From Takakia lepidozioides (Eukaryota > Plantae > Bryophyta): DNA of 64,000 nt. The notes below the pieces were generated by a model that saw only the letters and a program-made list of their open reading frames with translations, was not told the origin of the DNA and searched no databases. Each line of letters starts with the position of its first letter. Positions within the stretch are counted from its first letter, which is position 1. This document shows, in pieces, positions 1-26,723 of the stretch. Position numbers and translations under genes: made by a program. The stretch spans positions 41,664,001 to 41,728,000 of the forward strand of contig CM060733.1 of assembly GCA_030704615.1 (NCBI GenBank). Reading direction: 5' to 3'.

Positions 1-341
1 ATGTCACATATGTCCTAAGTTAGATACTAATGGCCCTTTCCTGCGCTGGAAGTTCTGCAAGGTGAAGTGAGTGTCCCAGTTGCGTGCTAAGTTACAGAGT
101 TGCGTGTCCGTTTGTGTAGACTGCAGACGCCTCACAAGTCAGGTGGATTCCAAGCAGCTCGCAAACAAACTTGAGGTTCATTTCATTCGTCTGGAGGACG
201 CAAATATGAGTACCGAGCAATTTCTACGCTGCCTGTGGAGCACTGCAGAAACGTCTGGAGATTCACAGCTGTACATACGTCCTGGATCACCTTTTGCATC
301 ATGCTAAAAGCATCGCAAGCGTCTGGGTTGCAGAGAGATAT

Positions 342-3300
342 ATGAGAATGGAACATGGTGGAGCTTTAGTCGCTGCTATACTCGTTCTCTTGGGGAGTTT
401 GTTGCTTAAGGGCACGTTCGGGCAGGGAGACACTCTGAGCCGAAGCAAGGGTGAGCAGGTTGTGTGGGAGACAGCAGGAGTATTCACGGATTCCTGTACA
501 CATGGGGAGTCTCCATATCGCCTTTCAAAGTTCCAGTCGCAGCAAGCTGCAGGGGTTTCAACGCTGCTTACGGAGGTGGCACAGATACTTGAAACTTCTT
601 CAAAACATAGAGAAATATGGATTCACCATTCAGCTTCCGAGTTTCGAGGGGCTCCAAAGAGTGATCGGGAGGCGGCAGGAGCTTCCACGGATGATGATAT
701 GCTTTCGAAATTCGTTTTCAGGCAGCCCAAATCCCAGCAAAGCCCATCAAAGGAAGTCCTGGAAGCCCCAGGAATTTTGTTCACACTCTCTGAGGCTGGA
801 CTCACATACGTCAAGGAAGAATTAGTTAACCAAATACTGTCAGAGATAACGCCCCTTTACTTACCAGATATCCAGACGCGGGTGAATTCTCCCATTGGTC
901 ACATTGACACTGAAATCACAGACATAGTTCTTTCCGGGGCGAATGTCTCCTACTCAGACATTGATTTGGGGAAGACAGGTATCACGGTGTTCGCTGAGGA
1001 TATTCGGGCCAGCTTAGGCCTCCACTGGAAGTACGAGTACTCAGCGAGCTATATTCCATTCCCTATTGGTGATGGTGGGCGGGCAGACGTTCAGGTTAGG
1101 GCCTTTTCTGTACAGTTCAAGCGTACCTACAATGAACAGGGTTTGTTTTGCTAGACTGGCACGCTCTTACCTGGTGGACTAGGATTTAACGGAAATGTTA
1201 CACAGGAGAAGTGGTTGTCTTGGAGGAAAGGGCCCTCTGACGCATTTAGATCAATACCCTGGGTCTGCAAAGTATTTGGTGACTCTATTAAACTCCATGG
1301 ATGATGCTCGATCTGGAGATGTTACCCCACGATACCGGGTGTGATTATTCCCGTTGGTGATTGTTGTGAAAGCCGAGTGCTACAGAATTGCAGAGTGATT
1401 GGTTGTGTCTTTTGTCAGTTTGGCAAAAATATCCCTACAAGACAAGGCACAGATGCTTGCCATCCGACTAAGTTACAATTGCCTCGGCCAGGCAAACTTT
1501 GCCAATATGCATTAGGAAATGGAAAAGACAGCTGCAAATTCTAACCATTGAGCAAAGGTTTAAGGGAGAGAGGGAGAGAGAGATGATCTACCCCTGGACC
1601 GTTGCCACTTATCATAGTCCCTGTGGATTCGAAACGGTTGCTGGGTTTCAACCCACCAGTGTACATGAGACTCAACTGTCCACAGGCCAACAACAATCTG
1701 ATTACAGGGAAGAAGTCTCAGCTGGTGTCTAAACAGTAGGAGGTTGATTCCAGCGCTGGGAATAAAGCCTCTAGCTGGAATGTGACAAACGCGGCTGTTT
1801 AAGTGGTTTCACTGATGGGTCACACCAACACAGAAAACGGCCAGAAGAGAGAGAGAGGATAAATTCTAAGGGGGATCGTCTGGTGGGTCCAGGTGACAGG
1901 TTTACAAGCAGGCGTGACATTCACTCTGAAAGAAGAGAATGGAACGTTGCGGTTAGCTGTGGTGGAGTGTGGAACTTACATTGATAATCTTGACATTGAA
2001 TTGCATGGTGGTGCTTCATGGCTCTACCAGTGGTAAGCGGTCTTCTATATATGATTGCAACATGGTAGCAGTTTGACAAAGCAGATGTTGGAGATCGCAT
2101 GGCTCCAACAGTCCTCTTATGTTGTTTCTTATCTCTCATAGGCACCTGTGCTGGAAACAGGTTTGTGTATGCATTTGAAGATGAGATTCGCGCAGTCATT
2201 GAAGAAGCATTGACGGCAACGATTGTCTCAGGAGTAGAACAGCTTGACTCTTTCCTTCTTGGGCTCCCACGGCGTGTTCCTATCGATGAAACAGCAGCCA
2301 TTGATGTCACTATTGTTGAAGATCCTCTGGTGAGCCCTACATACTTGAGTGTGGGAGTAAAGGCCCAGTTTGTCTCTCTTGTGAATCCAGTGGACTATCC
2401 GCAGCCTGATCAACGATTGCCAGCAGGGCTATCTTGTAGTGACTCACTCAAGATGGTGACCATTGCCACCAGTGATTATGTTATTAACTCAGCAGCTGCG
2501 GTCTATTATGAGGTAAAATGTCTCTCCTTGTGTTTGCAATCGGTTTGGGCCATTGTGTGTGTAATTCTCCTTTCCCAGTCCCGTACCTATCTGCTTCCTG
2601 CGCACCCCACTCCCCCTGCCTCCTTTATTCCAACAACCTTTTTTTTAGTGAAAGTCTGGTCTTGCTGGTTCTGGTAGTAAGAGTGCAGGGGATGTTGCTT
2701 GCTACAGGCAGGGTACTTGGAGTGGTTGGTGGATAAGTTGCCCGAGCAGTCCCTGCTGAACACTGCTAGCTGGAGGTTTATTATACCGCAGCTCTACAAG
2801 AAGTACCCCAATGATGACATGGTCCTTGACTTCGCTGTGTCAGCAGCACCTCAAGTGGAACTCTCTAAAGATGGAGCAAGGGTTGTGGCTGCTGCGGAAA
2901 TGACAATTCTGGTTTTGACCAAGTCGGGGTCTGTGCCTGTGGCCTGTATATCGACGGTGTGTGTTCCTCTCAATCTTTGCATATGAGTGAACTCTTTGAG
3001 TTTTTTTTTAAAATTTTGGACCCTGGAAAAATCCATCTGGTGTGGAAACAGCAGGACTTGTACATTATATTCAGAAATGCTGTAGCTTAATATTGGAGTC
3101 TGCCAAGGATATTAACTCTTCCAGGTTCCATTGGCTCGGTGTTAGCACATTTGTTCATAGTCCTGGTATAGACCGAGTGTTCATCTAAGCGCCAGCATGG
3201 ACCAAGCCACTGAATAGCACATGGCTGATATAGCTTTCTAGTTCCACAGGCATATTCTGGAGTGGGTCAAAAAGCTAGCCAATTATGAGTCATAGTGTCC

Positions 3301-4383
3301 AGGTGTTTGTCTGTTACAGAGAAACAAGATGTTCCATGGTTGTGAAGATGCTTTTGAATGCTTGGGTTGTGCCGGCATTCCACACTTCATTCCTCTCGGC
3401 TTGGGGCTTCTATGGAAATCGGGATAGAACTAGAGCCACACATGCAGAGGGAATTTTTATCTAACATTATACCTGAACAGTGTCATACTCTTTGCGAAAT
3501 ATGCCTGTCCCTTTCACAAGAAATTTGCTTTTCCAGATTCTTGAATTTGGTGATAGGCGCATGATGGTCTCTATTGCAATCATGAGAGCCAATATAGTCT
3601 ATTTACACCAAGCAACTTTGAACAGAAGTACCCCACCTTTCTGTATCATGGATTAATTTGTGATACTGCTGCTTTTCTTCTTTGGCAGACTGTGTCAATG
3701 GATGCCATAGCCAGCCTTGTTGCGAACAACATCACGGCGGAGGCGTCACTGAATGATCTCATACTGGAGCTCAAATGGAGTGATGTTGGCAAATTTCCTG
3801 TGAAGCTTGTGCAGGTAATTCTCCATGGATGAAAAGCAATGAGTCACAGATAGCATAGCTGTACAAGGCAGGGTTGTTCTGGGTTTGGCTACGCCCTGAA
3901 ATGCTGTAAATTCAGAAGGAAACATGGGTCAAAGCTCAAATCGATCGATGTTGGAAAATCTCCTGTATAACTTGTGCTGGTATTTCTTGATGGTTGACAT
4001 GAAGCAACGAGTCACAGAGAGCATAGATGTACAAGGCAGCATTCTTATAGGTTTAGCTATGGCCTGAAACGCTACATATGCAGACGGGAACATGGGAGGA
4101 AAAAAGAAGACTGAAATTTTGCTGTGTGGATGGGTGTGTCACTCTCGGTCAGACAACAGTGCGCACATTGCTATCGAAGGTGATCCTGCCCTTATTGAAT
4201 CGCAACTTGAAAAGAGGGTTTCCTTTGCCTATTTTACCAGCCGTGGACCTCCAGGATGCAGATATAAGGTATGAAGATGGCTACATTCTTATCTGTAGCA
4301 ATGTGTACTATAAAGGTGGGTATCTTGGCATGGCTGGACAAAGCATTCATCCCACGAGCCGCATAGACAAGTTTCCAATCTGA
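342..4383 (+). CDS. BPI/LBP-family lipid-binding protein, 6 exons (342-1094, 1893-2032, 2161-2512, 2708-2956, 3689-3814, 4153-4383)
   Basis: Hydrophobic signal peptide. Plant BPI/LBP motifs LSEAGLTYVKE, LHGGASWLYQW, LNTASWRFIIPQLYKKYPNDDM and LKRGFPLP. GT-AG junctions join the ORF pieces in frame; stop TGA at 4381. Confidence 0.88.
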
Positions 4384-4995
4384 TTGGATGGCAAAGATGC
4401 GAGAAAGAGACCACCGAGATCTGTATATGAAAAGAATATAATTGGGAAAAGATTTTGCCCTTTCTTAAACACTACACACACAGGTTGCAGGTCCGAAGAA
4501 CTCAGGCATACCTCCAAGGCTCTAGGAGCCGAAGGCAACTTTTCCTCAGCCTGGGATCTACACATATGATAGATGCCATTGGCCTGTATTGAGCATAGTA
4601 AAATGTGTTCTCTCAAATCAGATTGTGTCATACTCCCTTCATAAATGTTTGTTACGCTTTTAGCTTTTTGGTGCTAATCAGCATTCTATAGCATTGTAGG
4701 TACCGGGCACCTGTGAATGGAAGAGGCTCTTATTTACACTAACTTGGGTTAGCTTAGAATATCCCAGTCTTTTCAATGTAGATAAGAAAGGGTACTGAAG
4801 GAGTAGAAAAGGGATAAGAAAGGGATGTTTCTGAGGCTTATTTGGGAACCTTCATTACCTGCCTAAAAGTTTTTTCCATCTTCAATCTTAGCTGCCTAAG
4901 AAACCGTTGATCACAAGGCTGAAACTAAAAGGGCATTTCGAGGCCATGTGTATGGCCTCTCAATTTCCAGTTAAGGAGTGACGATAGTTAGCTAC

Positions 4996-5410
4996 AACCC
5001 AGCTTGTCAGGGTCCCCAAGCTTTTGGAGGGGAACTTGAGAATCTCCTGTAAGCAGCAGTCAACATGATGAACAGCCAAATTCAAAACTGTCCTTTTCCA
5101 ACATGATCATGACTCTTGAGGCATTTTTTTTGTAATGGACCAGTGCAGATCATGAAGAAACAGCCCAACAGTTGACTTCATAGGCGGTTGACCCAAAGTA
5201 ACCCCACCTTTTCAGGGTCACCAAGCTTTTGGAGAGGAGCTTGTGATCTGCTGTAAGTAGCAGACAACATGATGAACACTCAAACTGTCCTTTTACATGA
5301 GCATGACTATTGAGGCATGTCCTTTGTCATGGACCAGTGTGAAGATAATAGAAGAGTGAACAAACAGCCACAAACAGTTGGCTCCATATACAAACCAGTG
5401 GACCCCAAAA
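4996..5410. repeat. Diverged ~205-bp tandem duplication between the convergent BPI and RPC2 3' ends
   Basis: cagggtc.ccaagcttttggag...aacatgatgaac...ggaccagtg...gaccc occurs starting at ~4996 and again at ~5201. Confidence 0.7.
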
Positions 5411-5617
5411 AATCTGAACATATGAAACCAAAGTCACTGACATCATCACCATTAGATGTGATCCCATACAGATCCAACCACATTAACAAATATATAAGAA
5501 TTTGAAATTTTATATTCAATCATGCCCATCAATGTTGCAACCATGACATGCGTAAGATACTAATTATCCTGGCCCTTTGGCTGGTGTCTTCAGCTGGTAT
5601 TTTACAGGACTCTGGAC

Positions 5618-19071
<13,454 letters not shown>

Positions 19072-19429
19072 TGCGGCATGCAGAGCAGGACAATTTGGTC
19101 TTCTCTAAGCAGGCGGTTGCGTTGCTCTCAGAAGACAAGCTGCACCCACCACGCAGCGTTGCAGGGGTGCCGAGCTTTTCTTCTCAAGAGGGGGGCAAGC
19201 GTCAGAACCCCGTCGATTACGTCCGATGGACGGCGCAGATCTTTTAGGTGAACCGGGGCTTAGGAACCTATTTATTTTATTACTATTTTCGGGTCAGTTT
19301 TAGGATATGTTCCCGCAGGCGCGTGTTTAAACCCTGCACGGTGCAGAGTGCAGGGGTAGGGAGTGACGAGAGCGGTTGGTGGGCAAAAGCTGGGCCAAAT
19401 CTGAGAGGTTGGAAGGGGGTGGAGCAGAG
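19072..19429. promoter_or_regulatory. Short bidirectional promoter/UTR region between RPC2 and LTV1
   Basis: Only ~360 bp separate the divergent start codons. Telo-box-like AAACCCT at ~19329 and site-II-like TGGGCC at ~19391. Confidence 0.5.
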
Positions 19430-22087
19430 ATGGTGAAGAAGAAGTTTATAGACAAGAAGAAATCGGCCACTTTTTCATTGGTGTACCGTGAGGCTGCAGA
19501 TGACGATGATGAAGGTCCTGCCCGCGTTTTCACGCGGGTTGATGGTGGCCTCTCTCATGTTCCCGGCTTCTCTGAGGATGACCCTCGAAGCCAATCCGGC
19601 TATGGCTACGGCTATGGTGAGGGTGAGTGTGATGGAGAACCCGTCGATGGCTCCTCTGTGTTTGCAGACGCGGAAGAGGATACGGTGAGCAGCGGTGATG
19701 AGTTCGATTTACAACAAGTTGAGAGTACCGCCACTAGACAGCGGGGTTTGACTGCCTGCAGGACGAGAGGGAAGGGCGTTGCCCTTCCAGACCATGTGAG
19801 AAGGGAACTTGTGGAGTTAGGGTTTCCAGACGATGGGTATGACTACCTGCAGCATGTGCGCAAAATTGGGACTGCTGGTGTTGGGGCCGCCTTTGTGCCG
19901 AACAATCGTGTCCAGCTGGATCGACTTCGGACTGATGTGAAGGTATTGTCGTATCCGTAGTAATACACTTCACTCAATGCATCTATACGTCGTAATCTTG
20001 GTGATAGGCGCTCTCATTCTTTAGCCGATTCTTCCCTTTTAATCGTTCTCCACAAAAGCTGCAGTAGCATTCGAGTGATGTCCATTGACCCCCCCTACTT
20101 CGGCTTGACATTTATCATAGCTTCTGACACGTTTTATCAATTTTCGTAAAGCTATTTGGATTGATGGTGTTGGGACTTCTACGTCTGTGTCTTTCTTTTG
20201 TTAGGTGTACGATGCGTCAAGAGTGGCTGTGCATGCAGCAGCAGCTGAGGAGGACATGCGGCAAGTTATCAAAGTGGTGGGCTCCAGCACTCGTCCCCTC
20301 AATCGGCCTTCCTATGTTGAGGAGGGCCTTGACCCAGAAGTAGCAGCTGCCTTGGCTAATAGCGAAGAATCGCAGTATGATTCAGATGATGCGCTGGAAG
20401 ATGACTTCGTGCTTCAGGCTAACGGTACTGCACAAGGCTCTACTTCTCAGCCGACGCCGGGACAGACCATTGGAAATCCAGAGCCAGAGAATGAAAATGC
20501 TGATTGGGACTTGGTTGAAGAGCAGAGTAATGAAGACGATGTCAAATCAACAGTGATAGCTGATAACGTCCAACAAAGACCAACCCGACTCCTGGATGAG
20601 CAGTTTGAAATGGTAGGTGGTAACGTTTAATTTGTCTTTGGACCATTGGTTGGCTCTACATAATCCTTCCCATCCATGGAAGATGTCATATTATATCTAG
20701 CACTTCTAAGTTAACTTGATCATCATTGTCTTCTGTGAGAGCCTAGGACCTCCCCATTGCTGTTGTTTGTCACCTTTCTTGTTACTTTTGTGGCTTGTGT
20801 ATGCTTCATCAATCATCCTTGGAGTTGTTTAGTGTTCTCCTTAGGCTGGGCAATAGCCACCTGCAGTAGGTTTTGGAGTATTATCTGTGATTTGTTGAGT
20901 ATCATGTGGATGGGTGATGAAGTTGGCATTGCGCGAGTATGACGACTATGTGTTGGGAGAGCTGGATGAGGATGATCCAGAGGCTAGAGGACACGCCGAC
21001 ATATCCATGTATTCCAGTGTGCTCTTTTTAGCAGATTCCACCATTTTTGGTGACAAGTATAAGACACCTGTGGAGGCTTCAACAGAAGCCATGTGTACAG
21101 TGAGTCCACATACAACTGCAGTTGGTCAAAATATAACCATCCCAAGTTTATCTGATGACAGGGATGAGAATGGGGTCCTTGAATTCTGGGTGCAAAATGG
21201 AGAGGAGGATGTGCAGATTAAGGCTTTGTCTTTGGGGATACCAGAGGACATGAAGGCAGCCTTGGGTAGTGCTCTCTTGGATGAGGACCTAGTTATAGTT
21301 GAGGACGAGGGTGAAGATGAGTGCAGCATGTGGGACTGTGAGACCATTGTGTCCTCGATGTCAAACCTGGATAACCATCCTGGTAAGATACCCGCACCAA
21401 GCAGGCCCCGAAGAAATGAGCTAACACTTGAGAGGGTACTGGAAGGAGGTGAAGGCAAAGGAGGACTCATTAGGCTACGTGGGAGGCAACAGCTACCTTT
21501 AGATTTTCTGCTGGAAAAAACAGGGGTGGCAAAGAGTAGTGGAAAGGCGAAATTTGTGAACAGGAACACAGGAGACGCAGGAGAAGTAGCAGCGGAGTTG
21601 GCTGACAGAAAGGTGGGATCACATGTCGGCGAGAGCCCTGAGGAACGGAAAGCTCGCAAGGTTTGAACATGAACTGGAAGAATGTCACCAATGTCTGTGA
21701 AAGGCTAGAGGTCACACAGTATCAGAAATTTATTGCCAGAGAGTGGATGATCTTCTATGGCCTAAACAAATACTTATTTTTTAAGGCATTTTCTGCTCAA
21801 TAACTGTCACTTCTGTGAATTAAGAGGGGCCCTTGCTGAAGTTGTCAGTGGAGTTATAGAGGGCTTCAATTTTAGAGCTGATAGAGGTTGATACTCAATC
21901 TTCAAGTTATAGAAGTGACACTGTTGGTACTCTTGGTGGGTCAAATTTGGCACAGGCGGGTGTCAAGGAGGAGAGAAGGAAGGCCAGGGCAGCGAAGAAG
22001 GCTCTTAAAGTTCGCTACAGAGGTGAATCCCAGCGTGCACAACTTGGGGCAGCACACACTCTGCCTCCTGCGATTCATTTGCCTTAA
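19430..22087 (+). CDS. LTV1: LTV1 homolog (40S ribosome biogenesis factor), exons 19430-19942, 20205-20612, 20923-21660, 21956-22087
   Basis: MVKKKFIDKKKSATFSLVYR, ELGFPDDGYDYLQH, WDCETIVSSMSNLDNHPGKI, ESPEERKARK..VKEERRKAR. GT-AG junctions are in frame; TAA at 22085. Confidence 0.9.
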
Positions 22088-23391
22088 GCATATTTCACAA
22101 GCATCTAAACTTGAAAGGTAGCAAGCCCCTATCATGGCCATTGTATGTATCGCAATTAGTTTTTCTGCCCAGATGACTAGACAACAATTGTTTGCGCAGT
22201 AGGTAGGCTTCATCCTTTTTCGTGAGGGTAGAGATCATAGGTAACCTGAGGGCACACAGTGTGCCCATGGATGAGCACTGCAAGTCTGCGGTTTACAAAG
22301 GGCAGAAGCTAGTTTTGAGACACGCACAGAAGATGCCATATAGTGAAATGAAAACTGATACATATCCACAAGTGAAACCAGACATTTGTCTACCTATATT
22401 GACTGAGTACACCATGGTAAATGCATCCCGCATGTAGCAGCCAATCTTAAGTCCCTCATCTATGTTTTATGTTTTTGGATAAAGACAGCCAAAATAAATT
22501 AGAAACGGCTAATTGACCAACGTCATTTCCAGTGTTGGTCTGGTATGGGTATCAGACGCGGGTATCGACGCCGGTATCAACCCTGGTATCAGTGACCAGA
22601 CCAGCCTGGTCTTAAGTTCTACATACCAGGTCATATACCAGACCAGGCTGGTTTCCGTTTTCTCATACCAGCCACAATACCAGTACCCCCTGCCTTCTTC
22701 CTCATTTACTCTGGTATGTGTACTATATTAATTTATGTATACATACGGACAAACACAGTAAAGCCCTCAACTTTACGGTCTGCTGCGGCAGCCGCCCCAC
22801 ATCTTAAACCACCGAAAAAGGAATACGAGCAAACAAGTACAGACTCATAAAAAGGTGCAAGACAACTAGCATCAGATGTGATAGCCTCCTCAATCCTACC
22901 AAACTAGTATCCGTCCTCAATAGGCAATTCACACAAGGAATAGTCGAATTCCTGTGTTCGCTCAACCTCACTCTCAAACTCTCCGCTCTTGTTGCCTGGG
23001 GTCAAGATGGTCAAGACCAGGATCTTAGAAGTTATCAAAGTTATAACGTTCAGGATTACACTATCCTGAGAACTAGACGATCGCTCAGCCTCACCTTTAA
23101 ATGTCCATGCCTCAGCAGCGAAAAGACCAGCATAATCACCATTCTTAGGAGATGTTAGTCGAACAACATGACCTTGAGCTTAACAACGGGTGGTGCGTGG
23201 TAGCACAGAGGCATCAATGTCAGACGACACTACTGAAACACGATTATCCTAAACCAAGGTAAGCGAAATGTCAAATTGAATATACACAGTTTCACCTTCT
23301 CTGCCCGTAACACAATTAGACACAACTGCAGAAATGGTCCTAAGTCCTAACCCTGAATTACGGCCATGGCAGAAAGCAACAACAGCGGCGT

Positions 23392-23804
23392 TATTGTAGA
23401 CAGAGTAAGATAAAGGTTGACCCAAATACCTTTCTATCAGCCACTCACATTAACACATGCACACACACACGAATATGCAAAGTACTGCTTTACTGAATCA
23501 CAGTCATAAAGCTTGTACACGCTCAGGTGGATATGACATTCCACAAATGAGCCACTAGTTGACTTAGACTGCTAAGACTAAGCCGTGAACACAGCGAGTC
23601 CCTGACACCAAGCTCACTCTCCAGGACACAGGACGAAAGAGAATTAGCTTGGCCCTGGAAGCGTCCTAGGAGCATTCATGTGACATCTGTCAAACGAATT
23701 TTGAAGTCATAAGCCAGAGGTGCGAGTCACACTGACTTGGGCGGGAAAGTACATAGCCTACATTGCTCTGTACTGTATACGTATGCTGTATACTACCTTC
23801 TACA
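23392..23804 (-). repeat. 3' LTR of the Copia element
   Basis: Closely similar to 26724-27419 apart from indels; adjacent to the PPT. Confidence 0.9.
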
Positions 23805-23834
23805 CTCCCACTCAAGAGTAATGGAGGCTGAACA

Positions 23835-24385
23835 GTAGCCTCTGTAAGTCCAAGGAGGGAGCGAAGGCGAACGAACGGATCGCGAGGCAGAGGCTTGGTT
23901 AGCAGGTCTGCGAGCTCATCTCCGGTTGGAATGTAGACCACATTGATCTCCCCATTGGCTTGATACTCACAGATGATGTGATATCGAAGATCAATGTGCT
24001 TGGTGCGGCGGTGAAACTGTGGGTTTCGAATGAGCCGGATTGCTGATTGATTGTCACTCCACAGCGTGGTTGGTTCGTTCTGGCAATAGCCAAGATCATT
24101 CAACAGTTGGCGGAGCCAGACTGTCTCGCGTGCACCAAGATGTGCGGCAATGTATTCTGCCTCGGTCATACTGCCTGTAGTGCACTCTTGCTTCCGACTC
24201 CCCCAAGCAATTGGACCATTGTTGTGCATCAGAATAAAACCTAATCTTGACTTTCGGGAATCGGTGTCGGCTGCAAAATCTGCATCCACATACGTCTCAA
24301 GCTGATTCGGATTATTGCCACGGCTGTATGTGATGCGCATGTGGGGGTTTCCCTTGAGGTACTTCAGGATGCGTTTGACCAGAAT
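23835..24385 (-). pseudogene. Copia RT C-terminus / RNase H fragment
   Basis: VKRILKYLKG, YVDADFA, SMTEAEY, WSDNQSAI, RRTKHIDLRYH, ADLLTKPL. Confidence 0.92.
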
Positions 24386-26256
24386 TGTGCGGAGTCTTGT
24401 GCTTGGAACAAAACTGCGATGCGTTGCCGACGGCATAGGACGTGTCGATCTGTGTGCCGAGACTGGAGAACTATAGGCTAGTCAGCAGGCTCGACCAGGG
24501 AAGGCTTAGCTGATTAGTAGATGCTGGGGCGGTGATTAGAAAGTAGAGACTTGGGAAAGGAGCGATTTCCAAGGACTGCTGCAGGGTACAAGGTAGCAGA
24601 CAGAGATCATTAAAAAAGAATGGATAGAGAGACGATTCACTTTGAAGTTAGAGAGGCGATGGAGACAGAGCAGAAGAAACATGGACTAGACTGAGTAGGT
24701 TTAGTGAAGTGATTAGTGAGATGCTTGCACAGTGTACAGAACGTGTTGATACCAGGCGGCCTTCATCGTAAGCCGTGTGATATAAAGAAGATAGACTGGA
24801 CTTACGAAGAAAAGCATGTACAAGCTGAAACCAACGATCAAGAGAGTAATACTGGAGAACGTCTGAGGTGCAATAAGTGTAGAGAGAACGAAAAGAGACA
24901 AGTTGAGGGTAGCTGGTCTGGATTGCAATCCATGCAGGCCCTGTAAATGACAGATCGAGATGATATGTAGAGATATAACGATGAGTAGCATGCATTGAGG
25001 GACAGATCGCACAAGTAAGCAGAAAAGCCAAGGGTCACTACCATGAAGGATGCACGGAATATGAGTTAAGTGACTACCTGTGCACATGGTGAACCAAGCA
25101 TACGAGATAACGGAGTGCGGGTGTTGCAGGCAAGAGGCCTACGAGGGGTTGATATATCTTTTCTGAGACTTGCCATACCACGAACGGAATGGTGACATGA
25201 TGTTTAACAAACGAACGAGTAGAAGAACGGTCCGGTCTAGGTGTCATGATGTTTTCCTGCTTCCGCTGCGGCTCATGTAGCATCGAAATTGGACTAACGG
25301 GTTGTTTGATCAAGAGGGAACGGATAGATTTAGCCCGGGTGGTGAAACAAGGCCCCCATTTTTGGTATCAGAGCTGCTAATCGCGGCCATTTCAAGTTTA
25401 AGCTGGCGCAAGAGAGAGCTGGCGATTTGGTAGCACAATGGATGCACAGTTCTAACTATACAACTCAAGGGCCAGACACAATGGAGCACAGTTTAACGTA
25501 TACAACTCAAGGGCCAGATCTCACTTGCAGGTTTGAATCCACTGTCTTTCTATTGTATGCCGGGAGATATAGCGATTTGTATTGTGCACACTGGTGGAGG
25601 AACATAGGCTAAGGCATGGATACTATGCCATGATAGAAACACTTGGGCAGATGCAGGATATGATGTTATAAATCACACCAGTCATGTCCGATCAGTCCAT
25701 TTCGGACGACGAATCTGAACTTAGGAATCAGCTAGTAGAACATACACTAGATGATGTAGATCCCGATCTAGCAGCACTGCACAGGCTTCCCGAACCAAGG
25801 ATATCTTTGTGGATCTGAGGCCAACGGGCAATACTAGATACAGTTTATGGACAACGGGAGAAGTAGTAGAGTTCAAAGAAGGTGATGTGCTCATCCGCTT
25901 GGAGCACCAAGGATATAAGTCTAAGATGCTTGTGTGGGAAACGATAGATACCATCGGTAGAGGTAGAGAGTGGTTGGTCACCAAATCGTGAGATCTTGTC
26001 ATACAAGAACTCACTAAGGGGTGTAGTCAAACACTGATAACACTGGTGAAAGATGCCAGGTCTGGATCAGACTTCAGTGACTGATCATCCAGAAGTAAGA
26101 GATGTATTGATTTCATATAGTTTAGATCCGTCGGCATATACTAACCCAAGACCAGTGTTTTACCATCAATCGTCAAGAGCGCATAATGGAGACCTCAGTG
26201 TACGAGTCATACATGCTGGAAACCGGATGCGCTCTCTGATTGTGGATCAAGCGTAA
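24386..26256 (+). mobile_element. Foreign opposite-strand retroelement fragment (probable LTR end, tRNA-Met PBS and degraded ORF) replacing the Copia interior
   Basis: TGGTATCAGAGC at 25363-25374, preceded by ...CA-tttt. Copia coding similarity stops abruptly on both sides. Boundaries are approximate. Confidence 0.55.
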
Positions 26257-26540
26257 CTGCGTCCATATGACAATGGACGTTCGACAAGCCATGATAAGAT
26301 CGAGAAACTTCTCGTCTACACTCTGACAAAGAAGACTGATACAATAGTTGTCATCTACAATAGTTGTCATCTTTGATCCACTGCTCAAGCTGAACGGGGT
26401 CAACTGGGTTTTCATTTGTCCCTGTGGGTTTCAGGCGGGTGCCTTGACTATACCCATAAGCCCCTTTCCCATGAGCAGTGCTCGGATTTGAAAACTCCAT
26501 ACAGGGAAGTTTTCACCTGAGAATCTCCTTAGGTTTCCAG
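26257..26540 (-). pseudogene. Copia gag N-terminal fragment
   Basis: RFSGENFPVWSFQIRALLMGKGLMGIV and LLCQSVDEKFLDLIMACRTS..IW, frameshifted. Confidence 0.8.
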
Positions 26541-26723
26541 ATCTTTGACAGGGTTACGGTCCTCTTCGATCGGCTCTCAACAGTACTCTCAGACACCCTT
26601 TCAAGCTATACTCTCTCTTTCTTTATGACATAAAATAGTGCTTTCTAAGAAAAGAAGTAAACGAAATAAATAGACGGACACTAGTACAGCGGAAAAAGAA
26701 CGCTCGTAGAAGGGCCCATAACC

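Noticed and set aside
22530-22715. GGTAT/ATACC-rich inverted motifs, a possible MITE remnant
   Set aside because: No matching TIR pair or TSD could be defined.
22860-23260. Possible snoRNA cluster or telomerase-RNA-like locus (several minus-strand CTGA boxes, a small hairpin, CTAAACC)
   Set aside because: No canonical box C paired with a recognisable rRNA/snRNA guide; it would need an Infernal/Rfam search.
25363-25374. Endogenous caulimovirid suggested by the tRNA-Met PBS
   Set aside because: No movement protein, coat protein or RT motifs nearby; an LTR retroelement fragment is simpler.
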